A stretch of 64,000 bases of DNA, taken from the NCBI GenBank assembly GCA_043228905.1, contig JBHGNT010000014.1, forward strand, positions 16,616,001 to 16,680,000, written 5' to 3'. Both the position numbers and the translations under genes were made by a program. Of the stretch, positions 24,906-35,878 are shown piece after piece. Numbering within the stretch: the stretch's first letter is position 1; each line of letters begins with the position of its first letter. This DNA is from Azolla caroliniana. Its lineage: Eukaryota; Plantae; Polypodiophyta. The notes below the pieces were generated by a model. It did no database searches. It was given only the letters and a program-made list of their open reading frames with translations, and was not told the origin of the DNA.

Positions 24906-27900
24906 TGTGAAAGTGTTTTTAGAATTCAAGGTATTGAAGTCTACAAAAATATAAGGTATGGAGCATTCACACCCGAAGGCCAAGAACACGAGCTAAGGTC
25001 TTGAGGATAAGTCAAACAAAAAGCAAGTCACGTGGAGAAAAGTAAAAGAAGAAAAAAGCGGGCACCAAAATGCAGTCTACAACGAACGCTCATAACTCAT
25101 TCGTTTGGAAGCCAAATATAATGTATAAATATGGGTTAGAAAGCTTATGACGAGGGCTATCCGTATCTTTTTAAAACTCTATATTTGGAGCATGGATGAG
25201 GGAGATATGACGATTAGAAGATCGTTGTGTCATAGCTAAGAATAGGAGATGGAAAAGCTCTAAAAAAAGCGTGGAAAAGAAAGCAAGCGAAACTTATCTA
25301 CTAGAGGAGAACTTCATATAAAGCAAGGAGAGTGAGGTGGTGAAAAGAGAGTTTTTTTCTTGTGGTGTTTTTCTTGCCTATTCATGTAGTGTGTTTTTCT
25401 AGTGATCAATTCATCTTTGTAGGCTTGAGTTTATGTATCTTCTTTCTCTTGTTTCTATGATCATCACTCCTTATTAATATATCTTTGTAGATTTGGGTTT
25501 CTATATCTTCCTTCTCTCTCTTTTCTATCATCTTCTCTCCTTTCATTTTTGGCGCTCCAGGGAGGGTCGATCCTTTCTGTATAACGGGAGGAACGGTTGT
25601 CCACTAATTGATGGTTGGATCTACCGATTCATCATCAAACTAATGGCAAGATATGGAGTTCGCGATGCGACAGATCTACGAAGAGAAATTTTCCAATTGC
25701 GTATGGTTTCACCAATGTGCTACCTCGAGTATGAGAAGACGTTTTTGGATATATGGTCCACTTGGATTGGACTTGTTGGAGGCGTTGAAGATGTATACTT
25801 CAAGATGGAAAGATTCAAAGCAGGGCTAGATCCATATTTTCAATATGAAGTGCATATAAAGTACCCAAGGTCTTTCCATGATTTGCTTCGAGTATGTCAA
25901 AGTTATGATCAACAATTGAAGAAGTTGTTATTCGGTGAAGCATATGGAGTATCGGCGTCATATACCATAAATCCAAGCTATAATAATTGTGGATCGGTCA
26001 TGAGCCAACAACCAGCCTACTTGCAATGTCCGATTCAACAGGTTCCCTCATATCATTATTCTAATTTTTGGAGTTATAATGATGTCTATGAAGGTGATTC
26101 CAGAGACAATGAAGAAGAGGTGATGAATGTGGAGTCCCCCCATCTAGTTCATGAGGACAACCATGATATAAAGAATGATGATGTGAAAGACGAATCTAAG
26201 GAGATTGTTATGAGAAGCGATGTTATGGATGGTGATGCCAATGTACATCATGTTGAGGACATTATTGATACAACAAGCGATATGGTGGTTGATGATGAAT
26301 ATGTGCGAGATGAAATGGAAGATATGACAAAAGAAGTTGTTGATGGTGAAGTACCCACAACGAAGTTGCAAGATGAAGAAGGTAACCTAGAAGTGATAGC
26401 TGGAGATTGGCTTTTGGAGATCAATGCGTGTAAGGAAGCATTGGTAAGTGCCAAGTTGCAGTGTATGAAGGTGTTCGTGCATGATTTATGTTTTGGATTT
26501 GCATTGAGTAGCAACAAAGTTATGTGGGCATCAACTCTTCAACAACAATTTGATCAAGAGCAAAGAGAATTACTTGCAATGCATGATTGGAGTATCATGA
26601 ACTTATCACCATCAAAGGATCCACCACAACTAATCAAATGTATAAAGGAGAAGGAATCATCTATCGACAATGGCAATCAAGAAGAGGAAAGCATAACAAT
26701 TGATGAATCTTCGTGGGATAGGGAAAACAAATCATTCCACATGGTGTCTAAGGAGGAAGAAGAAGTCATTGAAGAGAAAAGCATTATCACCTTGGAGAAG
26801 ATGATTTCAAGCTACATCCAAGGAGAAGAGCATCTAAGGTTTAGTTCTTTTCTTTTCGAGTTTCCAAAATTACTCATAAATGTCTATTCACATATAAAAG
26901 GAGAAGGTTGCTTCAAAGACCTTATCAAATTGAAGGTACCAATTGCCCAAACTCTTCAAGAATCTAAGGAGAAAGACGTCAACTTCCAACCCTTGAATGA
27001 TTCAACCAAACGAGATTTATTTTTGCTTCCTTTTCGAGATGAGATTCTAGATGAAATGGTCATACATACAAAACAAGGTAATGTGAAGAATGTGGTGTGC
27101 CAAGAAGAAAGTCATGTTGATGAAGCAAAGATCGACGTAATTCAAAATATGACAATTCTGACAAGTCTCGAAGCTTTGAAGGTATTTGTACGAAAGGTTC
27201 GCTCGCTCGAAAGATTTATTCATATGTTAACATGCTTACTTCTATCAAGAGTTATGTATCACATAGACCTACTTCTGTTTGGAAAGTTGATGAAGGTATA
27301 CTAATTGTTGTAACCTCTTTCTTTGTGTTGACAAGGAGAAAGATGGTGATGGCAATTGTCAATGTGTATGTGTGTGTGTTTAGAAGTGTGAGGTTTTTCC
27401 TATCGACTAGCAGGGGTTTTACTCACATAGTTTGTTTCTTTTCTATTTATTTTCTCCTTCTTTGTCTATAGCCATGAATAAGGCGAAGGAGAACCTTTAG
27501 TTTTATTAGTAGCTTAGGGTTCACCATAAATGGTTCACCAAAAAGCAAGGGGGAGGGCTAAATGTGAAAGTGTTTTTAGAATTCAAGGTATTGAAGTCTA
27601 CAAAAATATAAGGTATGGAGCATTCACACCCGAAGGCCAAGAACACGAGCTAAGGTCTTGAGGATAAGTCAAACAAAAAGCAAGTCACGTGGAGAAAAGT
27701 AAAAGAAGAAAAAAACGGGCACCAAAATGCAGTCTACAACGAACGCTCATAACTCATTCGTTTGGAAGCCAAATATAATGTATAAATATGGGTTAGAAAG
27801 CTTATGACGAGGGCTATCCGTATCTTTTTAAAACTCTAAATTTGGAGCATGGATGAGGGAGATATGGAGATTAGAAGATCGTTGTGTCATAGCTAAGAAT

Positions 27901-28201
27901 AGGAGATGGAAAAGCTCTAAAAAAAGCGTGGAAAAGAAAGCAAGCGAAACTTATCTACTAGAGGAGAACTTCATATAAAGCAAGAAGAGTGAGGTGGTGA
28001 AGGGAGAGGTTTTTCTTGTGGTGTTTTTCTTGCCTATTCATGTAGTGCGTTTTTCTAGTGATCAATTGATCCTTGTAGGCTTGAGTTTATGTATCTTCTT
28101 TCTCTTGTTTCTATGATGATCACTCCTTATTAATATATCTTTGTAGATTTAGATTTCTATATCTTCCTTCTCTCTCTTTTCTATCATCTTCTCTCCTTTC
28201 A
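24906..28201 (+). mobile_element. Non-autonomous LTR element E (D-related), left arm of the inverted dimer
   Basis: LTRs 24906-25545 and 27563-28201; PBS at 25550; PPT AAGGGGGAGGG near 27547. Confidence 0.92.
25643..27304 (+). CDS. E truncated Gag plus acidic linker plus RT remnant
   Basis: Intact ORF; N-terminus aligns with the second half of the D capsid (FQL.M.SP..YLEYE..F...W.TW); C-terminal SLEALKVFV.KVRSLERFI shared with D. Confidence 0.75.
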   Translation: MARYGVRDATDLRREIFQLRMVSPMCYLEYEKTFLDIWSTWIGLVGGVEDVYFKMERFKAGLDPYFQYEVHIKYPRSFHDLLRVCQSYDQQLKKLLFGEAYGVSASYTINPSYNNCGSVMSQQPAYLQCPIQQVPSYHYSNFWSYNDVYEGDSRDNEEEVMNVESPHLVHEDNHDIKNDDVKDESKEIVMRSDVMDGDANVHHVEDIIDTTSDMVVDDEYVRDEMEDMTKEVVDGEVPTTKLQDEEGNLEVIAGDWLLEINACKEALVSAKLQCMKVFVHDLCFGFALSSNKVMWASTLQQQFDQEQRELLAMHDWSIMNLSPSKDPPQLIKCIKEKESSIDNGNQEEESITIDESSWDRENKSFHMVSKEEEEVIEEKSIITLEKMISSYIQGEEHLRFSSFLFEFPKLLINVYSHIKGEGCFKDLIKLKVPIAQTLQESKEKDVNFQPLNDSTKRDLFLLPFRDEILDEMVIHTKQGNVKNVVCQEESHVDEAKIDVIQNMTILTSLEALKVFVRKVRSLERFIHMLTCLLLSRVMYHIDLLLFGKLMKVY

Positions 28202-28208
28202 TTTTTTT

Positions 28209-28441
28209 ATGAAAAGAGTTACACGTAATATTTGGGTGTCAAACGAGAGAGTTATGAGCATTTGTTTCTGACTGTGTTTTGGTGGTTTGCTTTTTCTCTT
28301 TTTACTTTTCTCCATCTTTATTGCTTTTTGTTTGACTTATCCTCAAGACCTTAGCTCGTGATCCTGCCCTCCGGATGTGAATGCTCCATACCTTATATTT
28401 TTGTAGACTTCAATACCTTGAATTCTAAAAACACTTTCACA
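28209..28441 (-). repeat. Partial (U3) LTR of a third E/F-family variant
   Basis: Reverse complement starts TGTGAAAGTG at 28441 and diverges from the E/F LTRs distally. Confidence 0.8.
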
Positions 28442-28466
28442 TTTAGCCCTCCCTGGAGCGCCAAAA

Positions 28467-31400
28467 TGGAAAGAGAGATGATGATAGAAAAGAGAGAGAA
28501 GGAAGATATAGAAACCCAAATCTACAAAGATATATTAATAAGGAGTGATGATCATAGAAACAAGAGAAAGAAGATACATAAACTCAAGCCTACAAAGATG
28601 AATTGATCACTAGAAAAACACACTACATGAATAGGCAAGAAAAACACCACAAGAAAAAAACTCTCTCACCACCTCACTCTTCTTGCTTTATATGAAGTTC
28701 TCCTCTAGTAGATAAGTTTCGCTTGCTTTCTTTTCCACGCTTTTTTTAGAGCTGTTCCATCTCCTATTCTTAGCTATGACACAACGATCTTCTAATCGTC
28801 ATATCTCCCTCATCCATGCTCCAAATTTAGAGTTTTAAAAAGCTACGGATAGCTCTCGTCATAAGCTTTCTAACCCATATTTGCACATTATATTTGTCTT
28901 CCAAACGAATGAGTTATGGGCGTTCGTTGTAGACTGTATTTTGGTGCCCGCTTTTTTCTTCTTTTACTTTTCTCCACGTGACTTGCTTTTTGTTTGACTT
29001 ATCCTCAAGACCTTAGCTCGTGATCTTACCCTCCGGATGTGAACGCACCATACCTTATATTCTTGTAGACTTCAATACCTTGAATTCTAAAAACACTTTC
29101 ACATTTAGCCCTCCCCCTTGCTTTTTTGTGAACCATTTATAGTGAACCCTAAGCTACTAATAAAACTAAAGGTTCTCCTTCGCCTTATTCATGGCTATAG
29201 ACAAAGAAGGAGAAAATAAATAGAAAAGAAACAAACTATGTGAGTAAAACCCCCGCTAGTCGATAGGAAAAACCTCACACTTCTAAACACACACACATAC
29301 ACATTGACAATTGCCATCACCATCTTTCTCCTTGTCAACACAAAGAAAGAGGTTACAACAATTAGTATATCTTCATCAACTTTCCAAACAGAAGTAGGTC
29401 TATGTGATACATAACTCTTGATAGAAGTAAGCATGTTAACATATGAATAAATCTTTCGAGCGAGCGAACCTTTTGTACAAATACCTTCAAAGCTTCGAGA
29501 CTTGTCAGAATTGTCATATTTTGAATTATGTCAATCTTTGCTTTATCAACATGACTTTCTTCTTGGCACACCACATTCTCCACATTACCTTGTTTTTTAT
29601 GTATGACCATTTCATCTAGAATCTCATCTCGAAAAGGAAGCAAAAATAAATCTCGTTTGGTTGAATCATTCAAGGATTGGAAGTTGACGTCTTTCTCCTT
29701 TGGAACAACCACAATAAGTGAGACAAACTTCAAATTCTCCATATGATAAATGAAACTCTCTTGTAACAATGCTTTATGATCTTTCTTTTGCACAACCTTA
29801 GATTCTTGAAGAGTTTGGGCAATTGGTACCTTCAATTTGATAAGGTCTTTGAAGCAACCTTCTCCTTTTATATGTGAATAGACATTTATGAGTAATTTTG
29901 GAAACTCAAAAAGAAAAGAACTAAACCTTAGATGCTCTTCTCCTTGGATGTAGCTTGAAATCATCTTCTCCAAGGTGATAATGCTTTTCTCTTCAATGAC
30001 TTCTTCTTCCTCCTTAGACACCATGTGGAATGATTTGTTTTCCCTATCCCACGAATATTCATCAATTGTTATGCTTTCCTCTTCTTGCTTGCCAATGTCG
30101 ATAGATGATTCCTTCTCCTTTATACATTTGATTAGTTGTGGTGGATCCTTTGATGGTGATAAGTTAATGATACTCCAATCATGCATTACAAGTAAATCTC
30201 TTGGCTCTTGGTCAAATTGTTGTTGAAGAGTTGATGCCCACATAACTTTGTTGCCACTCAATGCAAATCCAAAACACAAATCTTGCACGAACACCTTCAT
30301 ACACTGCAACTTGGCACTTACCAATGCTTCCTTACACGCATTGATCTCCAAAAGCCAATCTCCAGCTATCACTTCTAGGTTACCTTCTTCATCTTGCAAC
30401 TTCGTTGTGGGTACTTCACCATCAACAACTTCTTTTGTCATATCTTCCATTTCATCTCGCACATATTCATCATCAACCACCATATCGCTTGTTGTATCAA
30501 TAATGTCCTCAACATGATGTACATTGGCATCACCATCCATAACATCGCTTCTCATAACAATCTCCTTAGATTCGTCTTTCACATCATCATTCTTTATATC
30601 ATGGTTGTCCTCATGAACTAGATGGGGGGACTCCACATTCATCACCTCTTCTTCATTGTCTCTGGAATCACCTTCATAGACATCATTATAACTCCAAAAA
30701 TTAGAATAATGATATGAGGGAACCTGTTGAATCGGACATTGCAAGTAGGCTGGTTGTTGGCTCATGACCGATCCACAATTATTATAGCTTGGATTTATGG
30801 TATATGATGCCGATATTCCATATGCTTCACCGAATAACAACTTCTTCAATTGTTGATCATAACTTTGACATACTCGAATCAAATCATGGAAAGACCTTGG
30901 GTACTTCATATGCACTTCATATTGAAAATATGGATCTAGCCCTGCTTTGAATCTTTCCATCTTGAAGTATACATCTTCAACGCCTCCAACAAGTCCAATC
31001 CAAGTGGACCATATATCCAAAAACGTCTTCTCATACTCGAGGTAGCACATTGGTGAAACCATACGCAATTGGAAAAGTTCTCTTCGTAGATCTGTCGCAT
31101 CGCGAATTCCATATCTTGCCATTAGTTTGATGATGAATCGGTAGATACAACCATCAATTAGTGGACAACCGTTCCTCCCGTTATACGGAAAGGATCGACC
31201 CTCCCTGGAGCGCCAAAAATGAAAAGAGAGATGATGATAGAAAAGAGAGAAGGAAGATATAGAAACCCAAATCTACAAAGATATATTAATAAGGAGTGAT
31301 GATCATAGAAACAAGAGAAAGAAGATACATAAACTCAAGCCTACAAGGATGAATTGATCACAACTCCACCAACACTACGTGAATAGGCAAGAAAAACAAC

Positions 31401-31857
31401 ACAAGAAAAAAGCTCTCCCTCACCACCTCACTCTTCTTGCTTTATATGAAGTTCTCCTCTAGTAGATAAGTTTCGCTTGCTTTCTTTTCCACGCTTTTTT
31501 TAGAGCTGTTCCATCTCCTATTCTTAGCTATGACACAACGATCTTCTAATCGTCATATCTCCCTCATCCATTCTCCAAATTTAGAGTTTTAAAAAGCTGC
31601 GGATAGCCCTCGTCATAAGCTTTCTAACCCATATTTGCACATTATATTTGGCTTCCAAACGAATGAGTTATGGGCGTTCGTTGAAGACTGTATTTTGGTG
31701 CCCGCTTTTTTCTTCTTTTACTTTTCTCCACGTGACTTGCTTTTTGTTTGACTTATCCTCAAGACCTTAGCTCGTGATCTTGCCCTCCGGATGTGAACGC
31801 GCCATACCTTATATTCTTGTAGACTTCAATACCTTGAATTCTAAAAACACTTTCACA
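28467..31857 (-). mobile_element. Non-autonomous LTR element F, right arm of the inverted dimer
   Basis: LTRs 31220-31857 and 28467-29103; PBS ending 31215; PPT about 29109-29119; second PBS after the 3' LTR. Confidence 0.92.
29362..31122 (-). CDS. F truncated Gag plus RT remnant (586 aa)
   Basis: Intact ORF nearly identical to E but with 33 extra residues (..LKFVSLIVVVPK). Confidence 0.75.
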   Translation of the reverse strand: MARYGIRDATDLRRELFQLRMVSPMCYLEYEKTFLDIWSTWIGLVGGVEDVYFKMERFKAGLDPYFQYEVHMKYPRSFHDLIRVCQSYDQQLKKLLFGEAYGISASYTINPSYNNCGSVMSQQPAYLQCPIQQVPSYHYSNFWSYNDVYEGDSRDNEEEVMNVESPHLVHEDNHDIKNDDVKDESKEIVMRSDVMDGDANVHHVEDIIDTTSDMVVDDEYVRDEMEDMTKEVVDGEVPTTKLQDEEGNLEVIAGDWLLEINACKEALVSAKLQCMKVFVQDLCFGFALSGNKVMWASTLQQQFDQEPRDLLVMHDWSIINLSPSKDPPQLIKCIKEKESSIDIGKQEEESITIDEYSWDRENKSFHMVSKEEEEVIEEKSIITLEKMISSYIQGEEHLRFSSFLFEFPKLLINVYSHIKGEGCFKDLIKLKVPIAQTLQESKVVQKKDHKALLQESFIYHMENLKFVSLIVVVPKEKDVNFQSLNDSTKRDLFLLPFRDEILDEMVIHKKQGNVENVVCQEESHVDKAKIDIIQNMTILTSLEALKVFVQKVRSLERFIHMLTCLLLSRVMYHIDLLLFGKLMKIY

Positions 31858-32265
31858 CCGACTGCCGAAGTCTCTAGAACCGGTGTGAAGGATCCTCCGT
31901 AGACCGCCCATCCGTAGCCCTTGCCTTCGTCACCTCGCCGCCACCATCAGTATCTTGGTCTTACGTCAACCGCGTTGCCGACTGCCGAAGGCTCTAGAAC
32001 CGGTGTGAAGGATCCTACGTAGACCGCCCATCCGTAGCCCTTGCCTTCGTCACCTCGCCGCCACCATCAGTATCTTGGTCTTACGTTGACCACGTTGCCG
32101 ACTGCCGAAGTCTCTAGAACCGGCGTGAAGGATCCTCCGTAGACCGCTTATCCGTAGCCCTTGCCTTCTTCACCTCGCCGCCATCGTCAGTATCTTGGTC
32201 TTACGTCGACCACGTTTCCGACTGCCGAAGTCTTTAGAACCGGTGTGAAGGATCCTCCGTAGACC
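31858..32265. repeat. 120-bp tandem repeat in G, right part (about 3.4 units)
   Basis: Lines 31861, 31981, 32101 and 32221 repeat at a 120-bp period. Confidence 0.92.
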
Positions 32266-32666
32266 TTCGTCGCCTTCTTGACCCTGTCCCGGGTCGCCCT
32301 TTTCCGCATGCCGAGAGGGCGGTTTACTCCACACCCTCTCCCGTGGTACCGACGTACCGTGTCCTCGGCCTCTTCGTAGGCTTGCTCTCTTCCTCCCTCC
32401 CGGAATGGTCATCCGGGAGTCCGCTCCGTCCGTTTCTTGTTCAGGTCCATTCGTCCTTCTCCGGATTGCCGAGTCCTGTTCTCCTATCGCCACCGATCTC
32501 TCTTGTAGGACTTACACCGGCACTCGGGCCCGCAGCCGAATCAGTGTAAGGAATCCCATAGGACCGACTTTCATTCTCTTTCCTTCTCTCGACCTTCGCC
32601 CGGTCGGTCTTTCTCCCCATGTAAAAGAGGGCGGCTCGTCCCGCACCCCCTTCCATATCGGCACCT

Positions 32667-34106
32667 TTATGCCGAGTCCGGCCTCGATCGAACGACCCAC
32701 GACCGGATCACGCTCCACCCGTATCGGAATGCCGATCTCCTCGTGCCGTGTCCGTCCTCGGCCTTCTCGTAGGCCGCCTGCCATCCTTCTTCGCTGGCAT
32801 CGTGCCAGGACTCCTCGGAACCGCCATCCATCTCCTCGGTCTTACATGGGCATACGGGCCCAATTGCCGAGTTCTCCGGAATCGGGTCCGTGGGCTTTCG
32901 TCCGCTCCTTCCCCGTATCGTCTCGCCGGTGATTCTCGCCCTTTCACCGCCACCTTCCTCCGCTTGGGACTCACGTGGGCACTCGGGCCCGACCGCCATC
33001 GTCTCGGGAGCAAGTGTGGGAAGACACAAAGAATCACCCGTCCGTTTCACGCCCTTGTCTGTAGCCACCGACTCTTCGTGGTCGGCGGTCGTCTTCTTAC
33101 CGATCGCGCAAGCCCTGTCTGGGCTCGCTTCTCTAATGACCGGGACCTCGGGCTGACACACCCGAAACCATTGGTCCCAATGATCCGGTCTCGCGATCTG
33201 CATCTCGGCCTCGTCCTTGGCCGTTCTATCCCCGCAAGTCGAGAGAGCGTTTTGTTCCGCACCCTCTCCCGTGGTACCGTGGTACCGATCTTCCGCCGTC
33301 GCGTGGGGCAAGTCCGTCTCCTTGGTCTCGGCTTCCGGCCTTGATCTTCCCTCTTCCTCGAGCATCGCTTTAAGAGCTGCGTACGCCTCCGCAATCCTGG
33401 CCCCAACGCCGACCTTTGCCGACTCTCTTTGCCGTTCGGCCTCTTCCCGCCGTGATGGCACGCCATCGCGTCCCTTCCTCTTAGCCTTCTCGGCTCGCTC
33501 ATCATCTAGCCGTTGGCACACCCTTCCGACCTTCGACCAGTCCTCCGTAAGCCCATTCGCTCCATCATCGTCTTCGAGCTCAATCCCGATGGATTCCCGT
33601 TCCGCTCGGTCGATCGACCTGACGAACAAAACGACTTTGTCCGCCCCCACCAAACCTTGTTCTCGCTCCGGGAGCCGAGCAAGCCGTCGCTCGAACTCTA
33701 GGAACGCCTTCGTTGCACCCCGGTGGGTTTTTGTCGTTGCTACCCACTGGTCGAAATCGTGTCGTCCCCGGCTCTTTCGCCGTCCTCCGTATGCCTTCAA
33801 GAGCGCCTCTTCGAAGGCCTCCCATGAACTATGAGCCTCACGGAGCTCCTTTACTTCCGCATGCATCCGGACAGCTACGACCCGACGGAAGAACTCCAGC
33901 CTCAACGCCTCGTCTACGCCACGCTCCTCCATTTCCGCGTTGTAGGCTTCCAGGTACGATGGGACATTGTCCCCGTTGAAACGGCCGACTCTTTCGACCA
34001 CTCGCTCAACCGCTTGTTGCGCTGCTTCTCGCCTCATCACCACTCGTGCCGACTCCAACACCACATCGGCCACCATCTCCGCAAGGTCGTCGTCTTCCGA
34101 CTCCAT
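32667..34106 (-). CDS. gag: G Gag (capsid plus low-complexity tail, no Zn knuckle)
   Basis: Intact 479-aa ORF 16 nt after the PBS; RFNGDNVPSYLEAY..GLTEDWSKVGRVC homologous to B Gag. Confidence 0.85.
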   Translation of the reverse strand: MESEDDDLAEMVADVVLESARVVMRREAAQQAVERVVERVGRFNGDNVPSYLEAYNAEMEERGVDEALRLEFFRRVVAVRMHAEVKELREAHSSWEAFEEALLKAYGGRRKSRGRHDFDQWVATTKTHRGATKAFLEFERRLARLPEREQGLVGADKVVLFVRSIDRAERESIGIELEDDDGANGLTEDWSKVGRVCQRLDDERAEKAKRKGRDGVPSRREEAERQRESAKVGVGARIAEAYAALKAMLEEEGRSRPEAETKETDLPHATAEDRYHGTTGEGAEQNALSTCGDRTAKDEAEMQIARPDHWDQWFRVCQPEVPVIREASPDRACAIGKKTTADHEESVATDKGVKRTGDSLCLPTLAPETMAVGPECPRESQAEEGGGERARITGETIRGRSGRKPTDPIPENSAIGPVCPCKTEEMDGGSEESWHDASEEGWQAAYEKAEDGHGTRRSAFRYGWSVIRSWVVRSRPDSA

Positions 34107-34421
34107 CCTCCCTTGCCGCCTTTCACGTCGGGTTCACCAAAGATGTCGCGTTGTTACGCGCGTGCGTGGAGAAAGGCGGGACCACGGGGGTCTTGGACTA
34201 GAGAGTGATGGAGCGTAGGAAGTCGTGCTTCACTGTTCCTGGGGCATCCCAGAAACACACCGGAAGCAACCGAAGGGAGAGAGAGAGAGAGAGCATGCTT
34301 AACACCGACTCACGCGCACACACACACGCACGCACACACAGCCCAACTCGACTCACGCCTTATGTACAGAAACGCAGGAGAGGGTAAGCACCCGACGCCA
34401 ACAACGACGCGAATATACACA

Positions 34422-34475
<54 letters not shown>

Positions 34476-35878
34476 GAAGAATACATTCCCGGCGTCGAGC
34501 CGGACTGAGATAGGTTACAGTAGTCGTCTGCTGTCAAGCCGCCGTCGGGGAGCTCTCAGCTCGTCGTGCCGAGCGGGGTCTTGCACGGGAGGCCGAACCA
34601 AAGAAAACCCTAAGCAAACATGCAGAAGGAGAAGAAGAAGAACCTAACTCTAAACCTAACGGTATACCCTCTAATGCAAAATGGGCAAGCCTTTTACAAA
34701 GGGCGTTCCCTTCCTTTTATAGAACAAGGAAAGGGATGCGTTACAACGTGGGACAAATCCCGACTTACATGGGATCGTCTGCCCCGACTTGACTACTCTT
34801 CGGCGCCATAAAGGCGCCCTCGATATTCACACCAAATGTACATGGGTGCGTACACACGCTGCACCCCGCCGATGTAGACAATGTTTCCCGGTTTCCACCT
34901 CTAGCCGAAATTCTTCACGACACCGTCCAAATAGACGACATTCTTGCGAATCGCGTCTTGGAAGTCAGTGCACTCCCTTCGTGAGTGCTCGAAGCTGTCG
35001 CACCACACACATCTATATGCTTCTTTTCCCTTTGGTCCACGTCGACCTAAGTTGGCCAACGATACCGCTTCAAACTTCTTGGAGAGCTCTTCGATTATAG
35101 ATTCCTCCATCGCTTTCTTGTCGAAATTGTTGATCGGCTTGTTAGACTCAATCGTCACAGGTGCATTTCTCCTCCACGATTGTGGATTCTCCATATAAGT
35201 TTCCTCTTGCCATTGTCGACGCTTATCAAGATGGCTACAAGCCTTCTTCACCGCCGCCCAGTCCGCCACCAAGCCATTTGGTTGTGTTTCATCCTCCAAA
35301 AAGTTACCCAATTCACACCGATCTTTGGCATCCACTGCCTTCAGGAATAGTAGGACTTTATCTCCATCGAGAACTCGTTGATCAACACTCGGAAGTTGGT
35401 TATACTTCTAGTCGAATTCGGCATATACTCCAGACGCACACATATTCTTCCCTTTCTTCTCGATCCAAGACATTAGCGTATGTCGAGTCATCCGCGATGC
35501 GTCTTCAAGCATGTATTCGGCGAGAAGCGCCTTTTCGAACTCTACCCAAGTTGCATGCTCACTTTGGATCTCCATGATGCGCACGCGGATCTATGGTTCC
35601 ACCACACGTTTGAAGCTAGAAATTTGTTTGAGATCGTTGACATCCCTTTGTTGCATCTCGTTCCGATAGGTAATAAGAAGATCCGTGATGTTCTTGCCAC
35701 CAAATTGTCCAGCTATCTCGACCGTACGATCAACAACTTTGTCGATTAAAGCTTCTCGATCTCTCACCTTCAGCATGTATTCCACTATGGACACCATACC
35801 TTTCGTTAATTCCTCACCTTGAGTTGCACTTGATATCCTTCCTACCGCCTCTTTCACGTTGGGTTCACCACTTAATTA

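Larger units (their letters stand above)
22712..34922 (-). mobile_element. Non-autonomous gag-only LTR element G (tRNA-Trp primed)
   Basis: LTRs 22712-23466 and 34144-34922 (differ in (TA)n length); PBS 34122-34139; PPT 23467-23479; TSD CCGT/CCGT; no pol motifs. Confidence 0.93.
21444..35857 (-). pseudogene. gag: C gag-protease, split by element G (segments 34927-35857 and 21444-22711)
   Basis: GQFGGKNITD, CVWCDSFEHSRREC, VALIDHGSEINLMS; removing G restores VYLDGNIIHLSE. Confidence 0.88.

Noticed and set aside
27232-27471. 79-aa hydrophobic ORF shared by E and F as a membrane or env-like peptide
   Set aside because: E and F are near-identical, so sharing is uninformative, and the homologous D sequence is frameshifted.
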